NCBI GenBank assembly: GCA_041615815.1
Contig: JBFJCP010000006.1
Span: 32,001-96,000, forward strand
Direction of reading: 5' to 3'
From: Gemmatimonadales bacterium
GTDB taxonomy: Bacteria; Gemmatimonadota; Gemmatimonadetes; Gemmatimonadales; GWC2-71-9
Length of the DNA stretch: 64,000 bases
The notes beneath the pieces are model-generated. The model saw only the letters and a list, made by a program, of their open reading frames with translations, ran no database searches and was not told where the DNA came from. How positions within the stretch are numbered: position 1 is the stretch's first letter; each line of letters opens with the position of its first letter. The position numbers and the translations under genes are program-made. Positions 47,306 to 57,752 of this stretch are shown piece by piece.

Positions 47306-49234
47306 ATGAGAGAGTCCGACATGGATCTCCACGCGCAGGTTCCTAGCGGGCCGATCGAGAAGAAGTGGGACCAGCATCGGCAGGATCTCAAGCTCGTGAA
47401 CCCCGCAAACAAGCGGAAGTTCGACATCATCGTGGTCGGGACCGGACTGGCCGGGGCGTCAGCCGCCGCGACGCTTGCTGAGCTCGGCTACAAGGTCAAG
47501 GCATTCTGCTTTCACGACAGCCCCCGCCGTGCCCATAGCATCGCCGCACAGGGAGGGATCAACGCCGCCAAGAATTATCAGAATGATGGCGATAGCGTTT
47601 GGCGGTTGTTCTACGATACGGTGAAAGGGGGAGACTTTCGATCACGCGAAGCGAATGTTTACCGGCTCGCGCAAATCAGCCTCAACATCATCGATCAGTG
47701 CGTAGCGCAAGGCGTCCCGTTTGCCCGGGAGTACGGTGGTCTCCTTGCCAATCGGTCCTTTGGTGGCGCCCAAGTCTCCCGAACGTTCTACGCTCGCGGG
47801 CAAACAGGACAGCAGCTGCTGTTGGGCGCGTATCAAGCACTCGAACGGCAAATCGCTGCCGGCAACGTTGAGATGTTTCCGCGCACCGAAATGCTCGACA
47901 TCGTCGTCGTGGAGGGCAAAGCGCGCGGTATCGTAGTGCGCGATTTGGTGAGCGGCGCGATTAGCTCGCACGCCGGCGACGCCGTGGTCCTGGGTACCGG
48001 CGGTTATAGCAACGTGTATTTCCTTTCGACCAACGCGAAAGGATGCAACGTCACGGCCACTTGGCGCGCTCACAAGCGGGGAGCGGCATTTGCAAATCCC
48101 TGCTTCACACAGATTCACCCCACCTGTATTCCGCCAAGCGGTGAATATCAGTCCAAACTCACATTGATGAGCGAGTCGTTACGAAACGATGGGCGGATCT
48201 GGGTGCCAACCAGGAAAGGCGACGCACGGCCTGCCAATCAGATTCCGGAAGGTGACCGCGACTACTACTTGGAACGGCTCTACCCGAGCTTTGGCAATCT
48301 CACGCCTCGGGACATAGCCTCTCGAAGAGCCAAGGATGCCTGTGATGAGGGCCGGGGAGTTGGTGAGACTGGCGTCGGCGTCTATCTGGATTTCCGAGAC
48401 GCCATCGAGCGACTTGGCCGTGGCGTTATCGAAGATCGCTATGGCAACCTCTTCGACATTTACCAACAGATCACCGGCGAAGATCCCTATCACGTACCGA
48501 TGCGGATCTATCCCGCGCCTCATTACACGATGGGGGGATTGTGGGTGGATTACAATTTGATGAGCACCATTCCCGGGCTCTACGTGATCGGCGAGGCGAA
48601 CTTCTCGGATCACGGTGCCAACCGTCTGGGCGCCAGTGCGCTCATGCAGGGTCTCGCCGATGGATACTTCGTGCTTCCGTACACCATTGGTGATTATCTG
48701 GCCCAGACCGACCTCGCGAAGCTGGACGAAAAGCACGCGCAATTCCGGACGGTGGAAGGTGAAGTTTCGAGCCGTGTCAGCAAACTGTTGTCTGTCAACG
48801 GATCCCGATCGGTGGATTCGTTCCACAAGGAGTTGGGACGACTCATGTGGGATCGCTGCGGAATGTCTCGCACTCGCGCAGGGCTCGAGAGCGCCATCGA
48901 GCGCATTGGCGGGTTACGCGACGAGTTTTGGAGCGATGTCAGAATCACCGGGTCGGCCGGAGACCTGAATCAGACCTTGGAGAAAGCCGGGCGCGTGGCC
49001 GATTTCCTCGAGTTCGCCGAACTCATGTGTCACGATGCCCTGGACCGAGAGGAGTCGTGCGGAGCCCATTTTCGTGAGGAATACCAAACGCCGGAGGGGG
49101 AGGCAAGACGCAACGACGAGCAGTACGCGTATGTCGCAACCTGGGAGTTCGCCGGGGTGGGGTGCCGACCCCGTCTCCTGAAAGAGCCACTGACCTTCGA
49201 ATACGTGGCTCTTGCCCAGCGGAGCTACAAGTAA
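47306..49234 (+). CDS. sdhA: Succinate dehydrogenase/fumarate reductase flavoprotein
   Basis: [37 protein letters not shown]; alternative start 47321. Confidence 0.95.
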   Translation: MRESDMDLHAQVPSGPIEKKWDQHRQDLKLVNPANKRKFDIIVVGTGLAGASAAATLAELGYKVKAFCFHDSPRRAHSIAAQGGINAAKNYQNDGDSVWRLFYDTVKGGDFRSREANVYRLAQISLNIIDQCVAQGVPFAREYGGLLANRSFGGAQVSRTFYARGQTGQQLLLGAYQALERQIAAGNVEMFPRTEMLDIVVVEGKARGIVVRDLVSGAISSHAGDAVVLGTGGYSNVYFLSTNAKGCNVTATWRAHKRGAAFANPCFTQIHPTCIPPSGEYQSKLTLMSESLRNDGRIWVPTRKGDARPANQIPEGDRDYYLERLYPSFGNLTPRDIASRRAKDACDEGRGVGETGVGVYLDFRDAIERLGRGVIEDRYGNLFDIYQQITGEDPYHVPMRIYPAPHYTMGGLWVDYNLMSTIPGLYVIGEANFSDHGANRLGASALMQGLADGYFVLPYTIGDYLAQTDLAKLDEKHAQFRTVEGEVSSRVSKLLSVNGSRSVDSFHKELGRLMWDRCGMSRTRAGLESAIERIGGLRDEFWSDVRITGSAGDLNQTLEKAGRVADFLEFAELMCHDALDREESCGAHFREEYQTPEGEARRNDEQYAYVATWEFAGVGCRPRLLKEPLTFEYVALAQRSYK

Positions 49235-49989
49235 TGAATCTCGTCTTGCATGTGTGGCGACAATCGCGGCCGGGGGATCGCGGCCGGTTCGAACGCCATG
49301 AAGCCAACGATGTCAGCCCCAACATGTCTTTCCTGGAGTTGCTGGACGTCATCAACGAGCGTCTCGTGGCGAGCGGCGAAGAGCCGATTGCGTTCGAGCA
49401 CGACTGTCGAGAAGGTATCTGCGGTTCCTGCGGCATAGTCATCAACGGCTCTGCCCACGGACCGCTGCAAGGCGTGACCGCCTGTCAGCTTCACTTGCGT
49501 TCGTTCCGTGACGGAAACCAGATATGGGTGGAGCCGTGGCGCGCCAGGGCCTTTCCAGTATTGAAGGACCTGGTAGTGGATCGGAGTGCGCTGGACCGGA
49601 TTATCCAGGCGGGTGGCTTCATCTCCGTACGCACGGGGAGCGCACCAGACGCGAACGCCATCCCCATCCCCAAACCGAATGCGGATTTGGCCTTCGACGC
49701 CGCGACTTGCATTGGCTGCGGTGCGTGCGTCGCGGCATGCCCCAACGCCTCGGCCATGCTCTTCACGGCGGCCAAGGTGAGCCACTTGGCCCTGCTTCCC
49801 CAGGGCCAGCCCGAGCGCTTGCACCGCGTGGCCTCCATGGTGGCCCAGATGGACACGGAAGGGTTCGGGAACTGCACCAACCACGGTGAGTGCCAAGTCG
49901 CCTGTCCGAAAGAAATCAGTGTCGACCACATTGCGTGGCTGAATCGAGATTTGGTCCGGGCGTTGGCCCTCGGGCCGGTGGCCGAGTAG
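49234..49989 (+). CDS. sdhB: Succinate dehydrogenase iron-sulfur subunit
   Basis: [38 protein letters not shown] overlap. Confidence 0.95.
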   Translation: MNLVLHVWRQSRPGDRGRFERHEANDVSPNMSFLELLDVINERLVASGEEPIAFEHDCREGICGSCGIVINGSAHGPLQGVTACQLHLRSFRDGNQIWVEPWRARAFPVLKDLVVDRSALDRIIQAGGFISVRTGSAPDANAIPIPKPNADLAFDAATCIGCGACVAACPNASAMLFTAAKVSHLALLPQGQPERLHRVASMVAQMDTEGFGNCTNHGECQVACPKEISVDHIAWLNRDLVRALALGPVAE

Positions 49990-50003
49990 CCTTCCAGCAC
50001 CCC

Positions 50004-50032
50004 TACAACATTCTCACGTCTTCCCGTATCTA
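50004..50032 (+). promoter_or_regulatory. Possible ECF-type autoregulatory promoter
   Basis: TACAAC ... CGTATCTA upstream of the ECF gene, resembling AAC / CGT ECF elements. Confidence 0.3.
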
Positions 50033-50073
50033 ATTCCCCAAAGCACATAGAGCCGACGGGAGCAGCGAAGGGA

Positions 50074-50628
50074 GTGCGGGACCTGACGGATCGAGTGGAG
50101 ATGACTTCGGCAGACGCCGACGCCGTGGATGTGGAGTTCGCGATCAGCGGTGACTCCCGAGCCTTCGAGCGGCTCTACCGACGGCACGTGCCGCGGATCA
50201 ACAGCCTCGCGCGCTGGCTCCTGGGAGACGACGACGTGGAGGACGTGGTGCAGGACGTCTTCGTCCGTGCCTGGCAAAAACTCGGCACGTTCCGTGGAGA
50301 GTCGGCGTGGGGGACCTGGCTCCATCGGCTGGCCACGAACGTCATCCTGAGGCGTCGAGCCAAGCGCCGGACTCGCGCGGATCGGTTCTCGGGATCGCTT
50401 GCGGATCTCGCCCGGTCGTCGGCAACCACCAGCTCACCGGGGCTCCGCGTCGACTTGGAAGCGGCCGTCGACGGCCTGCCTGAGCGGGCGCGCCAAGTAT
50501 TTGTGCTGCACGACATGGAAGGCTTCAAGCACCAGGAGATCGCGGACGCGCTTGGGATCTCGATCGGGACGTCGCGCTCGCAGCTCCATCACGCCCGAAT
50601 GGCGCTTCGCAAGCACCTCGAGGGCTGA
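50074..50628 (+). CDS. ECF RNA polymerase sigma factor
   Basis: GD.RAFERLY, EDVVQDVFVRAW, TWLHRLATN, HDMEGFKHQEIA, SRSQLHHAR. Confidence 0.92.
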   Translation: MRDLTDRVEMTSADADAVDVEFAISGDSRAFERLYRRHVPRINSLARWLLGDDDVEDVVQDVFVRAWQKLGTFRGESAWGTWLHRLATNVILRRRAKRRTRADRFSGSLADLARSSATTSSPGLRVDLEAAVDGLPERARQVFVLHDMEGFKHQEIADALGISIGTSRSQLHHARMALRKHLEG

Positions 50629-50645
50629 AGAAAGAGGGAATACCA

Positions 50646-51332
50646 ATGTCGGATCATTGGGCGACCAAACTATCTGCCTATCTCGATGACGAGCTAGCGC
50701 CTGAGGACGCGGCGGCGCTGGAGGCTCACCTCACGCGCTGCGAGGAATGTGTGACAGCGCTCGGGGAGTTACGGGCAGTGATGGCGTGGGCCGACTCCTA
50801 TCCCGGACGAGCCCCGGCGACGGACGTATGGCCGCGGATAAGCGCTCGGCTTCACCACACGCGTGGTGGGCCCGTGGATCTTCTCAACGAGCGCAGCGGC
50901 AGACCTCCTTGGCTCATTGGAGCACTGCCGAAGGCTCTGGCGGCCGGCATCGCGCTGATGGCGGTGGCCGGGGGCAGCTGGCTGCTTGGCCGCGCCAGTG
51001 CACCTGCGGTTCCCGCGCTGGCGGTGATTCCCGTGGCCGAGATGCGGGGAGTACCGTCGACTGACGTGACGATGTTACAGGCCGAGAAATATGCCGCGGC
51101 CATTGCGGAGCTCGAGATGGCCTTGAGTGCTCGGACGGCCGGGCTCGATTCCGGTACTGTCCGAATTCTCAACGAGAAACTGCATGTGATCGATCGCGCC
51201 ATTGCGGACGCGCGGAGGGCGCTGGCGTCGGATCCGAACAGCGCGTATTTGGCGCAGCACTTCACGAGGATGATGCGACACAAGCTGATCCTGTTGCGGA
51301 ACGCACCCAGGTTCACGGTGACGCAGGGTTAG
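50646..51332 (+). CDS. Zinc-finger (zf-HC2) transmembrane anti-sigma factor
   Basis: LSAYLDDEL, HLTRCEEC, TM helix, C-terminal helical domain. Confidence 0.85.
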   Translation: MSDHWATKLSAYLDDELAPEDAAALEAHLTRCEECVTALGELRAVMAWADSYPGRAPATDVWPRISARLHHTRGGPVDLLNERSGRPPWLIGALPKALAAGIALMAVAGGSWLLGRASAPAVPALAVIPVAEMRGVPSTDVTMLQAEKYAAAIAELEMALSARTAGLDSGTVRILNEKLHVIDRAIADARRALASDPNSAYLAQHFTRMMRHKLILLRNAPRFTVTQG

Positions 51333-51346
51333 GGGAGGATTGAACC

Positions 51347-52282
51347 ATGTTGATGACGATAGCCGGTGGCATTATGGCCGCGCTTACACTCGTTCAGCAG
51401 ACGGATACGACCTTTGCGGTGGACCCTGCCGCACGGATCAATGTGAGCAACTACGCAGGTGGAATCGTCGTGCGGACCTGGACTCGGAATGCCGTGCGTG
51501 TCCAGGCCAGCCACTCCAGGCGGGACCAGATCATCGTCGATCGGGCAGGAGCCGAGGTCCGGATCCGGTCCGCCAATTGGCGGCGCGACGCAGACCACTT
51601 CGACGTCCAGATCGATGGTCCCGATCGGGTCGGCGTACAGATCCGGTCTCCGCGACGGCCATCGATCATCGACTATGAGATCACGGTTCCCGCTAGCGCA
51701 CCTCTCGATCTCGGTGGCCCCTATACCGACGTGACCGCCGAGGGAGTCAACGGGGAAGTGAGCATCAAAGTGAATGAAGGGGACGTCTCTATCCGCGGCG
51801 GCTCGGGTAGAGTGACTGCTCAAACCGTCGAAGGTGACATCACGGTCCGGCGTGCCCAGGGGAACATCCGACTCGTATCGGTGGATGGCGATATCACCTT
51901 GGAGGACGCCAGCGGGGATATCCTGGCGGAGACCACCGACGGGGAGATCCGGATGGTGAATATCAACTCATCCAATGTCGAGGCCTTCTCCGTGGACGGC
52001 GACGTGTGGTTCTCTGGTACGATCCAAGCGCGGGGGCGATACAGCTTCAACACGCACGACGGAGATGTGACGGTCTACGTGCCTCGCGCCACGAGCGCGC
52101 GGATCACCGTCGCCACCTTTGACGGGGAATTCAGTACCGACTTTCCCTTCACGCTGGACACGCGGAGGGTCCGAGGACACCGGTTCACGTTTTCCGTGGG
52201 CTCGGGGGCCGCCGAAATCGACGTCGAAGCGTTCGACGGCGACATCGAACTGCGGTACCTAGAGCGAAGACCAGCCCGATAA
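51347..52282 (+). CDS. DUF4097 beta-strand repeat (putative adhesin) protein
   Basis: Signal peptide; repeated T/S-x-D/E-G-D-I/V motifs. Confidence 0.85.
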   Translation: MLMTIAGGIMAALTLVQQTDTTFAVDPAARINVSNYAGGIVVRTWTRNAVRVQASHSRRDQIIVDRAGAEVRIRSANWRRDADHFDVQIDGPDRVGVQIRSPRRPSIIDYEITVPASAPLDLGGPYTDVTAEGVNGEVSIKVNEGDVSIRGGSGRVTAQTVEGDITVRRAQGNIRLVSVDGDITLEDASGDILAETTDGEIRMVNINSSNVEAFSVDGDVWFSGTIQARGRYSFNTHDGDVTVYVPRATSARITVATFDGEFSTDFPFTLDTRRVRGHRFTFSVGSGAAEIDVEAFDGDIELRYLERRPAR

Positions 52283-52304
52283 TCGTCAGGCCACTGCCGA
52301 CGGT

Positions 52305-52344
52305 CAGGCCCCGCGAACCGAGCGGTCCGCGGGGCCTGTTCTTT
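52305..52344 (+). terminator. Intrinsic terminator after ECF operon
   Basis: CAGGCCCCGCG...CGCGGGGCCTG followed by TTCTTT. Confidence 0.65.
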
Positions 52345-52399
52345 GCGAGTCCAAGGCCGCAGCTTATCGTCGCACCGCGCGACAACGGGAGATCGCAAC

Positions 52400-53680
52400 G
52401 TGACCGGGAGCCACAACGGACGCGCCTCCACCTTCTGGACCAGCTTTGGGCCCGGACTGCTGTGGGCCGCCGCCGCGATCGGGGTGTCGCACCTCGTCCA
52501 ATCAACGCGAGCCGGGGCCATCGGCGGTTTTGCCCTGACGGGCGTCATTCTGTTGGCGCTCGTCCTGAAGTATCCCTTCTTCGAGTTCGGACCACGATAC
52601 GCCGCGGCCACCGGCGCCAGCCTAGTGGAGGGGTACCGTCGGATCGGGCCGTGGGCTCTGTGGCTCTACTTGGGGATCACGCTCGCGACCGCCTGGATCG
52701 TGCAGGTGACCGTGGTCTTATTCACGGCCTTCCTGATTCAGTATGTGTTCGGCTTGCATTGGCCCATCGCGGCTGTTGCGGGGTTGTTGGTGCTTCTCTG
52801 CGCGGCCCTGCTGTGGGTGGGGCGCTTCAGACTCCTGGATGCCACGATCAAGGTGATCCTGGTGTTCCTCGCCCTCTCGACCCTCGCAGCGGCGGTGGTC
52901 ACTATCCCGCGAGCACCATTGGACTCGCTGGCGCTGTGGCCGGCGGGTGCCATCGGATCCGTCGTGCCCGCGGCCTTCCTGCTGGCGTTGATGGGCTGGA
53001 TGCCCTCAGCAATCGACATCTCCGTGTGGAGCTCACTCTGGACGCTGGCCAAGGACGAAACAGTAGGAGCCCAGGCCTCGGTTGGGACCGCCCGGCTCGA
53101 CTTTTTCATCGGCTACGCGGGGACCGGTGTCCTCGCATTTGCGTTTCTCACCTTGGGGGCGGGCGTCATGTTCGGCTCCGGAGCGGAGTTCAGTGAAGCC
53201 GGGACCGTGTTCTCGACGCAGCTCGTGGAGTTGTACAGTGCGACGCTCGGCGCCTGGACCCGACCGGTGGTACTTGTCGCCGTGACGACTACGATGCTCT
53301 CGACATCGCTCACGGTGGTGGATGGCTTCCCGCGTGCCATTGACCGCTCGGTGGCCAACGTCTTGACGCCCGACACCGGCTCGAGGGCCCACCCGGTGGG
53401 CCGGGTCTACTGGCTGAGCATCGCGCTGCTGGGAATCACGACCGTCGTCGTGCTCCACCTGTTTGCCGGTACGCTCACGACCATGGTGGATTTCGCCACG
53501 ATCGTGTCATTCCTTACCGCTCCCGTCCTCGGTTTTCTCAACCTCAAGGCCGTGACCTCCGCCGAGGTACCGCCGGAACACCGCCCTGGCCTGGCCATGC
53601 GGATACTCTCCTGGACGGGACTGCTGCTCCTCGGCGGTACCGGGGGTGTCTATCTCGTCTGGCGCTTTCTGCTGATTTAG
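52400..53680 (+). CDS. NRAMP-superfamily transporter
   Basis: GPGLLWAAAAIGVSHLVQSTRAGA, KYPFFEFG, MGWMP; start uncertain (GTG 52400). Confidence 0.8.
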   Translation: MTGSHNGRASTFWTSFGPGLLWAAAAIGVSHLVQSTRAGAIGGFALTGVILLALVLKYPFFEFGPRYAAATGASLVEGYRRIGPWALWLYLGITLATAWIVQVTVVLFTAFLIQYVFGLHWPIAAVAGLLVLLCAALLWVGRFRLLDATIKVILVFLALSTLAAAVVTIPRAPLDSLALWPAGAIGSVVPAAFLLALMGWMPSAIDISVWSSLWTLAKDETVGAQASVGTARLDFFIGYAGTGVLAFAFLTLGAGVMFGSGAEFSEAGTVFSTQLVELYSATLGAWTRPVVLVAVTTTMLSTSLTVVDGFPRAIDRSVANVLTPDTGSRAHPVGRVYWLSIALLGITTVVVLHLFAGTLTTMVDFATIVSFLTAPVLGFLNLKAVTSAEVPPEHRPGLAMRILSWTGLLLLGGTGGVYLVWRFLLI

Positions 53681-53708
53681 TCCAGGCGGCACACGAACAA
53701 CCGGTACC

Positions 53709-54425
53709 TCATTGGGCCTCTGGCTCTTGGTGGTTGGCGTCAAATCGATAGCCAACCTTGCGTACCGTGCGAATATGAGTGGGATTTGCAGGGTCGGCCT
53801 CGAGTTTTCTTCTGAGTTCGGCGACGTGCGTGTCGACAGTGCGACTCAAGACCGACGCGTTGTACCCCCACACCTCTTTCATGAGGTCTTGCCGCGACAC
53901 CACGGTGCCCCGGCGATTCAGCAGCGCGACCAAGAGATCGTACTCCTTCGGGGTGAGCGGCACCGCTTCGCCCCGCCGGCGCACGACCCGTGCGGCAAGA
54001 TCCACCTCGACGTGCCCAAAACGCTCGAGTGCGGGTTGCGCTGCCCCATCTCGGGTCTCGTCTCCCGCCCGTCGCAGGAGCGCTTCGACGCGAGCCAGTA
54101 GCTCCAGCACGCCAAATGGCTTGGTGACGTAGTCGTCCGCACCGAGCTTCAGGCCGCGCACTTTGTCGGTCTCCTCGCCACGAGCGGTGAGCACCAATAC
54201 AGGATTGCGGTAACCGCGCCGGCGAAGCTCGTGGAGCACCCTGAAGCCGTCCATTTCGGGAATCATTAGATCGAGAATGACGAGATCGGGGGCGGTCTGG
54301 GTGGCTTCGGCAAGCCCGGCCCGGCCATCACCGGCAATGGCAACCTCGTAGCCTTCGATTTCCAGATTGTTTCGAAGACCAAACGCAAGATCCTCGTTGT
54401 CCTCGATCACGAGCACTCGGGTCAT
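53709..54425 (-). CDS. OmpR/PhoB-family response regulator
   Basis: VLVIED, LDLMIPEMDG, GADDYVTKPF, LTPKEYDLL, RTVDTHVAELRRK, VGYRF. Confidence 0.95.
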   Translation of the reverse strand: MTRVLVIEDNEDLAFGLRNNLEIEGYEVAIAGDGRAGLAEATQTAPDLVILDLMIPEMDGFRVLHELRRRGYRNPVLVLTARGEETDKVRGLKLGADDYVTKPFGVLELLARVEALLRRAGDETRDGAAQPALERFGHVEVDLAARVVRRRGEAVPLTPKEYDLLVALLNRRGTVVSRQDLMKEVWGYNASVLSRTVDTHVAELRRKLEADPANPTHIRTVRKVGYRFDANHQEPEAQ

Positions 54426-56116
54426 GATCCACTCCCGGCTGCTGCCTGGGAGGGTGTGGGACCGATGGGGGAGCGTGCCTGTTCCTGACTGGTGGGGTGT
54501 CCAGGCGTGGCGTTGGGAAGTTCGACCGTCAGGCGAGCACCTCCCCCTGGCGCGGTTTCGGCCCACGCCCGTCCACCGTGCAATGTGGCCAGTTCTCGTA
54601 CCACCGACAGACCGATCCCCGTGCCCGCCACCGCCGCCGTGCGCTCGCGGTCCACACGCGCAAACCGATCCCACACACGCTCACGATCACCCTCGGGAAT
54701 TCCCGGACCTTGGTCCTCGACCCACAGATGGGCCATCCCGTCCCGTAGACTGAGCCCAACGGTGACGGTCTGTGCTGCAGGACCATATTTCACGGCATTG
54801 TCCAGTAGGTTGAGCAGCATCTGCTTGACCGCTCCCCGGTCCACCGGTGCGTCAACCTCGTTCACGATGTTCGTGTGAAAGCGGATCTCGCTGGATTCCG
54901 CAATCGGCGCGAAGAGGTCCACCGCCTCCCGTATCAACGGAGCGAGTGCCGTCTGTTCGGGAGCGACCCTCGCGATTCGTCGTTCCGCGCGCGAAAACTG
55001 CAGCACGTTCTCGACGAGATGAGTCAGGCGACGAGCTTCCTTATCGATGATGCTAAGAGAACGTCGTTTCTCGTGCTCCGACCGGACCCGTCCCAAGAGC
55101 AGCGTTTCTGCAAACATTCGGATTTGGGCAAGCGGTGTTCGCAATTCATGGGAAACGTTCGAGACGAACTCGGTTCTGAGCCGGGCCAGCTCGTGTTCTC
55201 TGCGCACTTGGAGTAGGGCGATCGCGATGAGCCCGGCCGTGAGCAGCAGCAGACCCATAATGAAGCGGAAGCGGGCCTGGGGCAGACCGCCGTGTATGAG
55301 TCCCTCTGCCGCGGCCGGTCGCAGCGCGATGTGGGTCGAGATACCGCCCAGCCGGGCATCAGCGTCGGCACGTGCCGCAAATGTCGCTACCGGTACGCTA
55401 TCGGCATGTGATGCATACAGAACGTTCCCCCCTGCATCGAGGAGACGCACGACCACCAGAGAGTCCCCATCGATACCGCGAAGCAGGGACGGTGGCAGCA
55501 ACGGTTCCCGCCGAACCGAGGCACCCAACAGCGAGCTGGCGCTATCGGCATCCAACTCGAACCCATACGCGGTCACGGGGTCTCCCGCGGCATCCCGTTC
55601 GACGGCGTATACGAACACCCCGCGATTCGGGCCTGGCCGGATGAGCACCGCCGAGCGCCACTCGCTGTCGAATACATCGGTGACGTGTGGCGGAAGCGTG
55701 TCCTCGAGCCAGCTCGCGAGCGGGCTCGGGAGCGCGCTGGCGTTGGCCAGGGTTCTGGATGGGAATTCGAAGCGGAAGACGTAGCGTACGGCGGCGAGCG
55801 CAGCACGCTCATATCCGGCCGCTCCTTCGGGCAACGCCTCCGGAGCGGGCAGCGCCGTCCCGAGGACACCCACCTTGAGATCGTCCAACGTTCGGAAGAC
55901 GGGATAGAAACCGTAGTACTCGAAGTCTCGGGCGATGCGCTGAGCGGACTCCTCGGCAGCGGCGCGAGCGTAGTCGTTGAGGATCTGTACGGCCGTGGTC
56001 CGGTGATAGAGGTCGGACGCTATGGCCTGAAACGCCAGCATCGCGGCGAGTGCCAGCGCCGACAGCAGGAGCACGACGATGGACCGTGAACGTGGCTTCG
56101 GTGTCTTCGAAAGCAT
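54422..56116 (-). CDS. Membrane sensor histidine kinase
   Basis: Two TMs; VSHELRTPL, NLLDNAVKY, DQGPG, GTGIGL. Confidence 0.93.
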   Translation of the reverse strand: MLSKTPKPRSRSIVVLLLSALALAAMLAFQAIASDLYHRTTAVQILNDYARAAAEESAQRIARDFEYYGFYPVFRTLDDLKVGVLGTALPAPEALPEGAAGYERAALAAVRYVFRFEFPSRTLANASALPSPLASWLEDTLPPHVTDVFDSEWRSAVLIRPGPNRGVFVYAVERDAAGDPVTAYGFELDADSASSLLGASVRREPLLPPSLLRGIDGDSLVVVRLLDAGGNVLYASHADSVPVATFAARADADARLGGISTHIALRPAAAEGLIHGGLPQARFRFIMGLLLLTAGLIAIALLQVRREHELARLRTEFVSNVSHELRTPLAQIRMFAETLLLGRVRSEHEKRRSLSIIDKEARRLTHLVENVLQFSRAERRIARVAPEQTALAPLIREAVDLFAPIAESSEIRFHTNIVNEVDAPVDRGAVKQMLLNLLDNAVKYGPAAQTVTVGLSLRDGMAHLWVEDQGPGIPEGDRERVWDRFARVDRERTAAVAGTGIGLSVVRELATLHGGRAWAETAPGGGARLTVELPNATPGHPTSQEQARSPIGPTPSQAAAGSGS

Positions 56117-56211
56117 CGATCAAACGCCTGAGACGATCCGTGTTCGTAACGAAGGAAGTTTGGGACCGTCCCGGGTGCGGAACAAGCGTGCCCCGCCATT
56201 GGTGGTGAGTT

Positions 56212-56228
56212 CTAACAACTTCCTGACA
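56212..56228 (-). promoter_or_regulatory. Candidate OmpR-family tandem box upstream of the two-component operon
   Basis: TGTCAG-N5-TGTTAG on minus strand (11-bp period), about 100 bp before the kinase start. Confidence 0.4.
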
Positions 56229-56305
56229 GTTCGAGAAGCGCCGGCAACCCGAGGCCACCCCTCCGCCGACGGAGGAGGGGTGGGTCGACATGCCGCCGGT
56301 GGCAG

Positions 56306-57700
56306 CTAATTCCCGTACTGGTTGGCGATGTCAGACAGCTTGGCCTCGAGCTCGGTCCGTGGGAGCCACTTCCCATGCAGCATGACCCCAGTGGGGTCCC
56401 CCACGTTACCCACGTTCTCCAACGGATTGGCATCGAGCAGCACGAGGTCCGCCCGCTTGCCGGGTGCGACCGTTCCCTGCTCGTCCTGCACACCGAAAAA
56501 GGCTGCCACATTACGGGTCCCCGTCACAAGGGCGTCGTACGGGGTGAGTCCGGCCGCCACCATGGCCTCCAACTCACGCCTGATTGAAAAGCCGGGCACG
56601 TTCCAGATCTGTGGGGCGTCCGACCCCAGCAGCAGGCCAGCTCCCCCTTCGTATAGAGCCTTCAGAAGCTCTCGGCGAACCTCGATGAAGCCGTCGAGCG
56701 TCGCCCGTGGCGGAGCTTGGGCGAGCCAGTCCCGCGTGCGATTCATCCATGATTCCCGCACTCGCGGGGGCATGTACTTCATTTCCGGCCATGCGGCGCG
56801 GGACTCGGCGCTCTCGCTGCTCGCGAAGGCCTCCATCAAGGTCTGCGTCGGCACGTTCCACACTTCGGCCGCCCGCGTATCGGCCACCACCGTGGGAATC
56901 TTCGAGTGGTCTACGTGAGGCGCCAAGTTGGCCCCGAAGAAGCCACCGGCGGATGCGTCCACGCTGGTGTTGTCGGCGAGCAGCACCTCCATATACCCAT
57001 CGAGGTGGTCGATGGACGCGTACCGGGCGGCCAGAGCCCGCATCAGACCTACGTCGCTCGGCACGTGGCCCGAGAACGTGAACTCCATTCGATCCGCTAC
57101 CGCGTCCAGCGTGTCGAACACCGCTCTGGACAACCCGGGATGAATCTTGATGAAGTCATACCCGGCACGCTTCTGCTCCGTGACCGCCTGTCGCGCCGCC
57201 TGAGTTGTTGCAACGGAGTTCCCGTTCACCGAAGGACCCGAGGTCCACAGGCGCGGACCCAAGACCTCACCCTTGGCGATCTCCTCGCGGAGTGTGAGAT
57301 GCGCCGGATGGCCCAACATCCCTCGGATCGTTGTGATGCCGTTCGCCACATAGAGGAATAGAACCTCGTGGGCGTAGTCCATCGTGCCGCTTTGCGGTGA
57401 CGGGACGTGGGCGTGCATTTCTGCGAGGCCGGGAATCAAGTATCTGCCCGTACCGTCGATCCGTGTGGCCTGTGCCGGGACCGTCAACCGCGCGGCTGGT
57501 CCCATCTGTTCGATGCATCCGTCCTTGACGATCACCGTCATATGCTCGAGCGTCCGATTCCGATCCAGCGGAATCACCGTGACATCGACGAATGCGTACA
57601 TCCCCTTGTACGGGCCGGGGGCGCAAACCTCGGGCGGTGTGACGGCAATTCCCGAAGGTGCGCCAGCGAAGCTGAGCATGAGGGCGAGTGTGACGGACAC
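56306..57700 (-). CDS. Exported amidohydrolase family protein
   Basis: PGLAEMHAH, NGITTIR, FIKIH, SGHV, IDHLD, GSDAPQ, GKRADLVLL; GTG start with GAGG. Confidence 0.88.
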   Translation of the reverse strand: MSVTLALMLSFAGAPSGIAVTPPEVCAPGPYKGMYAFVDVTVIPLDRNRTLEHMTVIVKDGCIEQMGPAARLTVPAQATRIDGTGRYLIPGLAEMHAHVPSPQSGTMDYAHEVLFLYVANGITTIRGMLGHPAHLTLREEIAKGEVLGPRLWTSGPSVNGNSVATTQAARQAVTEQKRAGYDFIKIHPGLSRAVFDTLDAVADRMEFTFSGHVPSDVGLMRALAARYASIDHLDGYMEVLLADNTSVDASAGGFFGANLAPHVDHSKIPTVVADTRAAEVWNVPTQTLMEAFASSESAESRAAWPEMKYMPPRVRESWMNRTRDWLAQAPPRATLDGFIEVRRELLKALYEGGAGLLLGSDAPQIWNVPGFSIRRELEAMVAAGLTPYDALVTGTRNVAAFFGVQDEQGTVAPGKRADLVLLDANPLENVGNVGDPTGVMLHGKWLPRTELEAKLSDIANQYGN

Positions 57701-57752
57701 GAGGCACCTCTCAGAGATGAATTGGTTCGGGAGCTGTCTGCAGAGTGTGTAT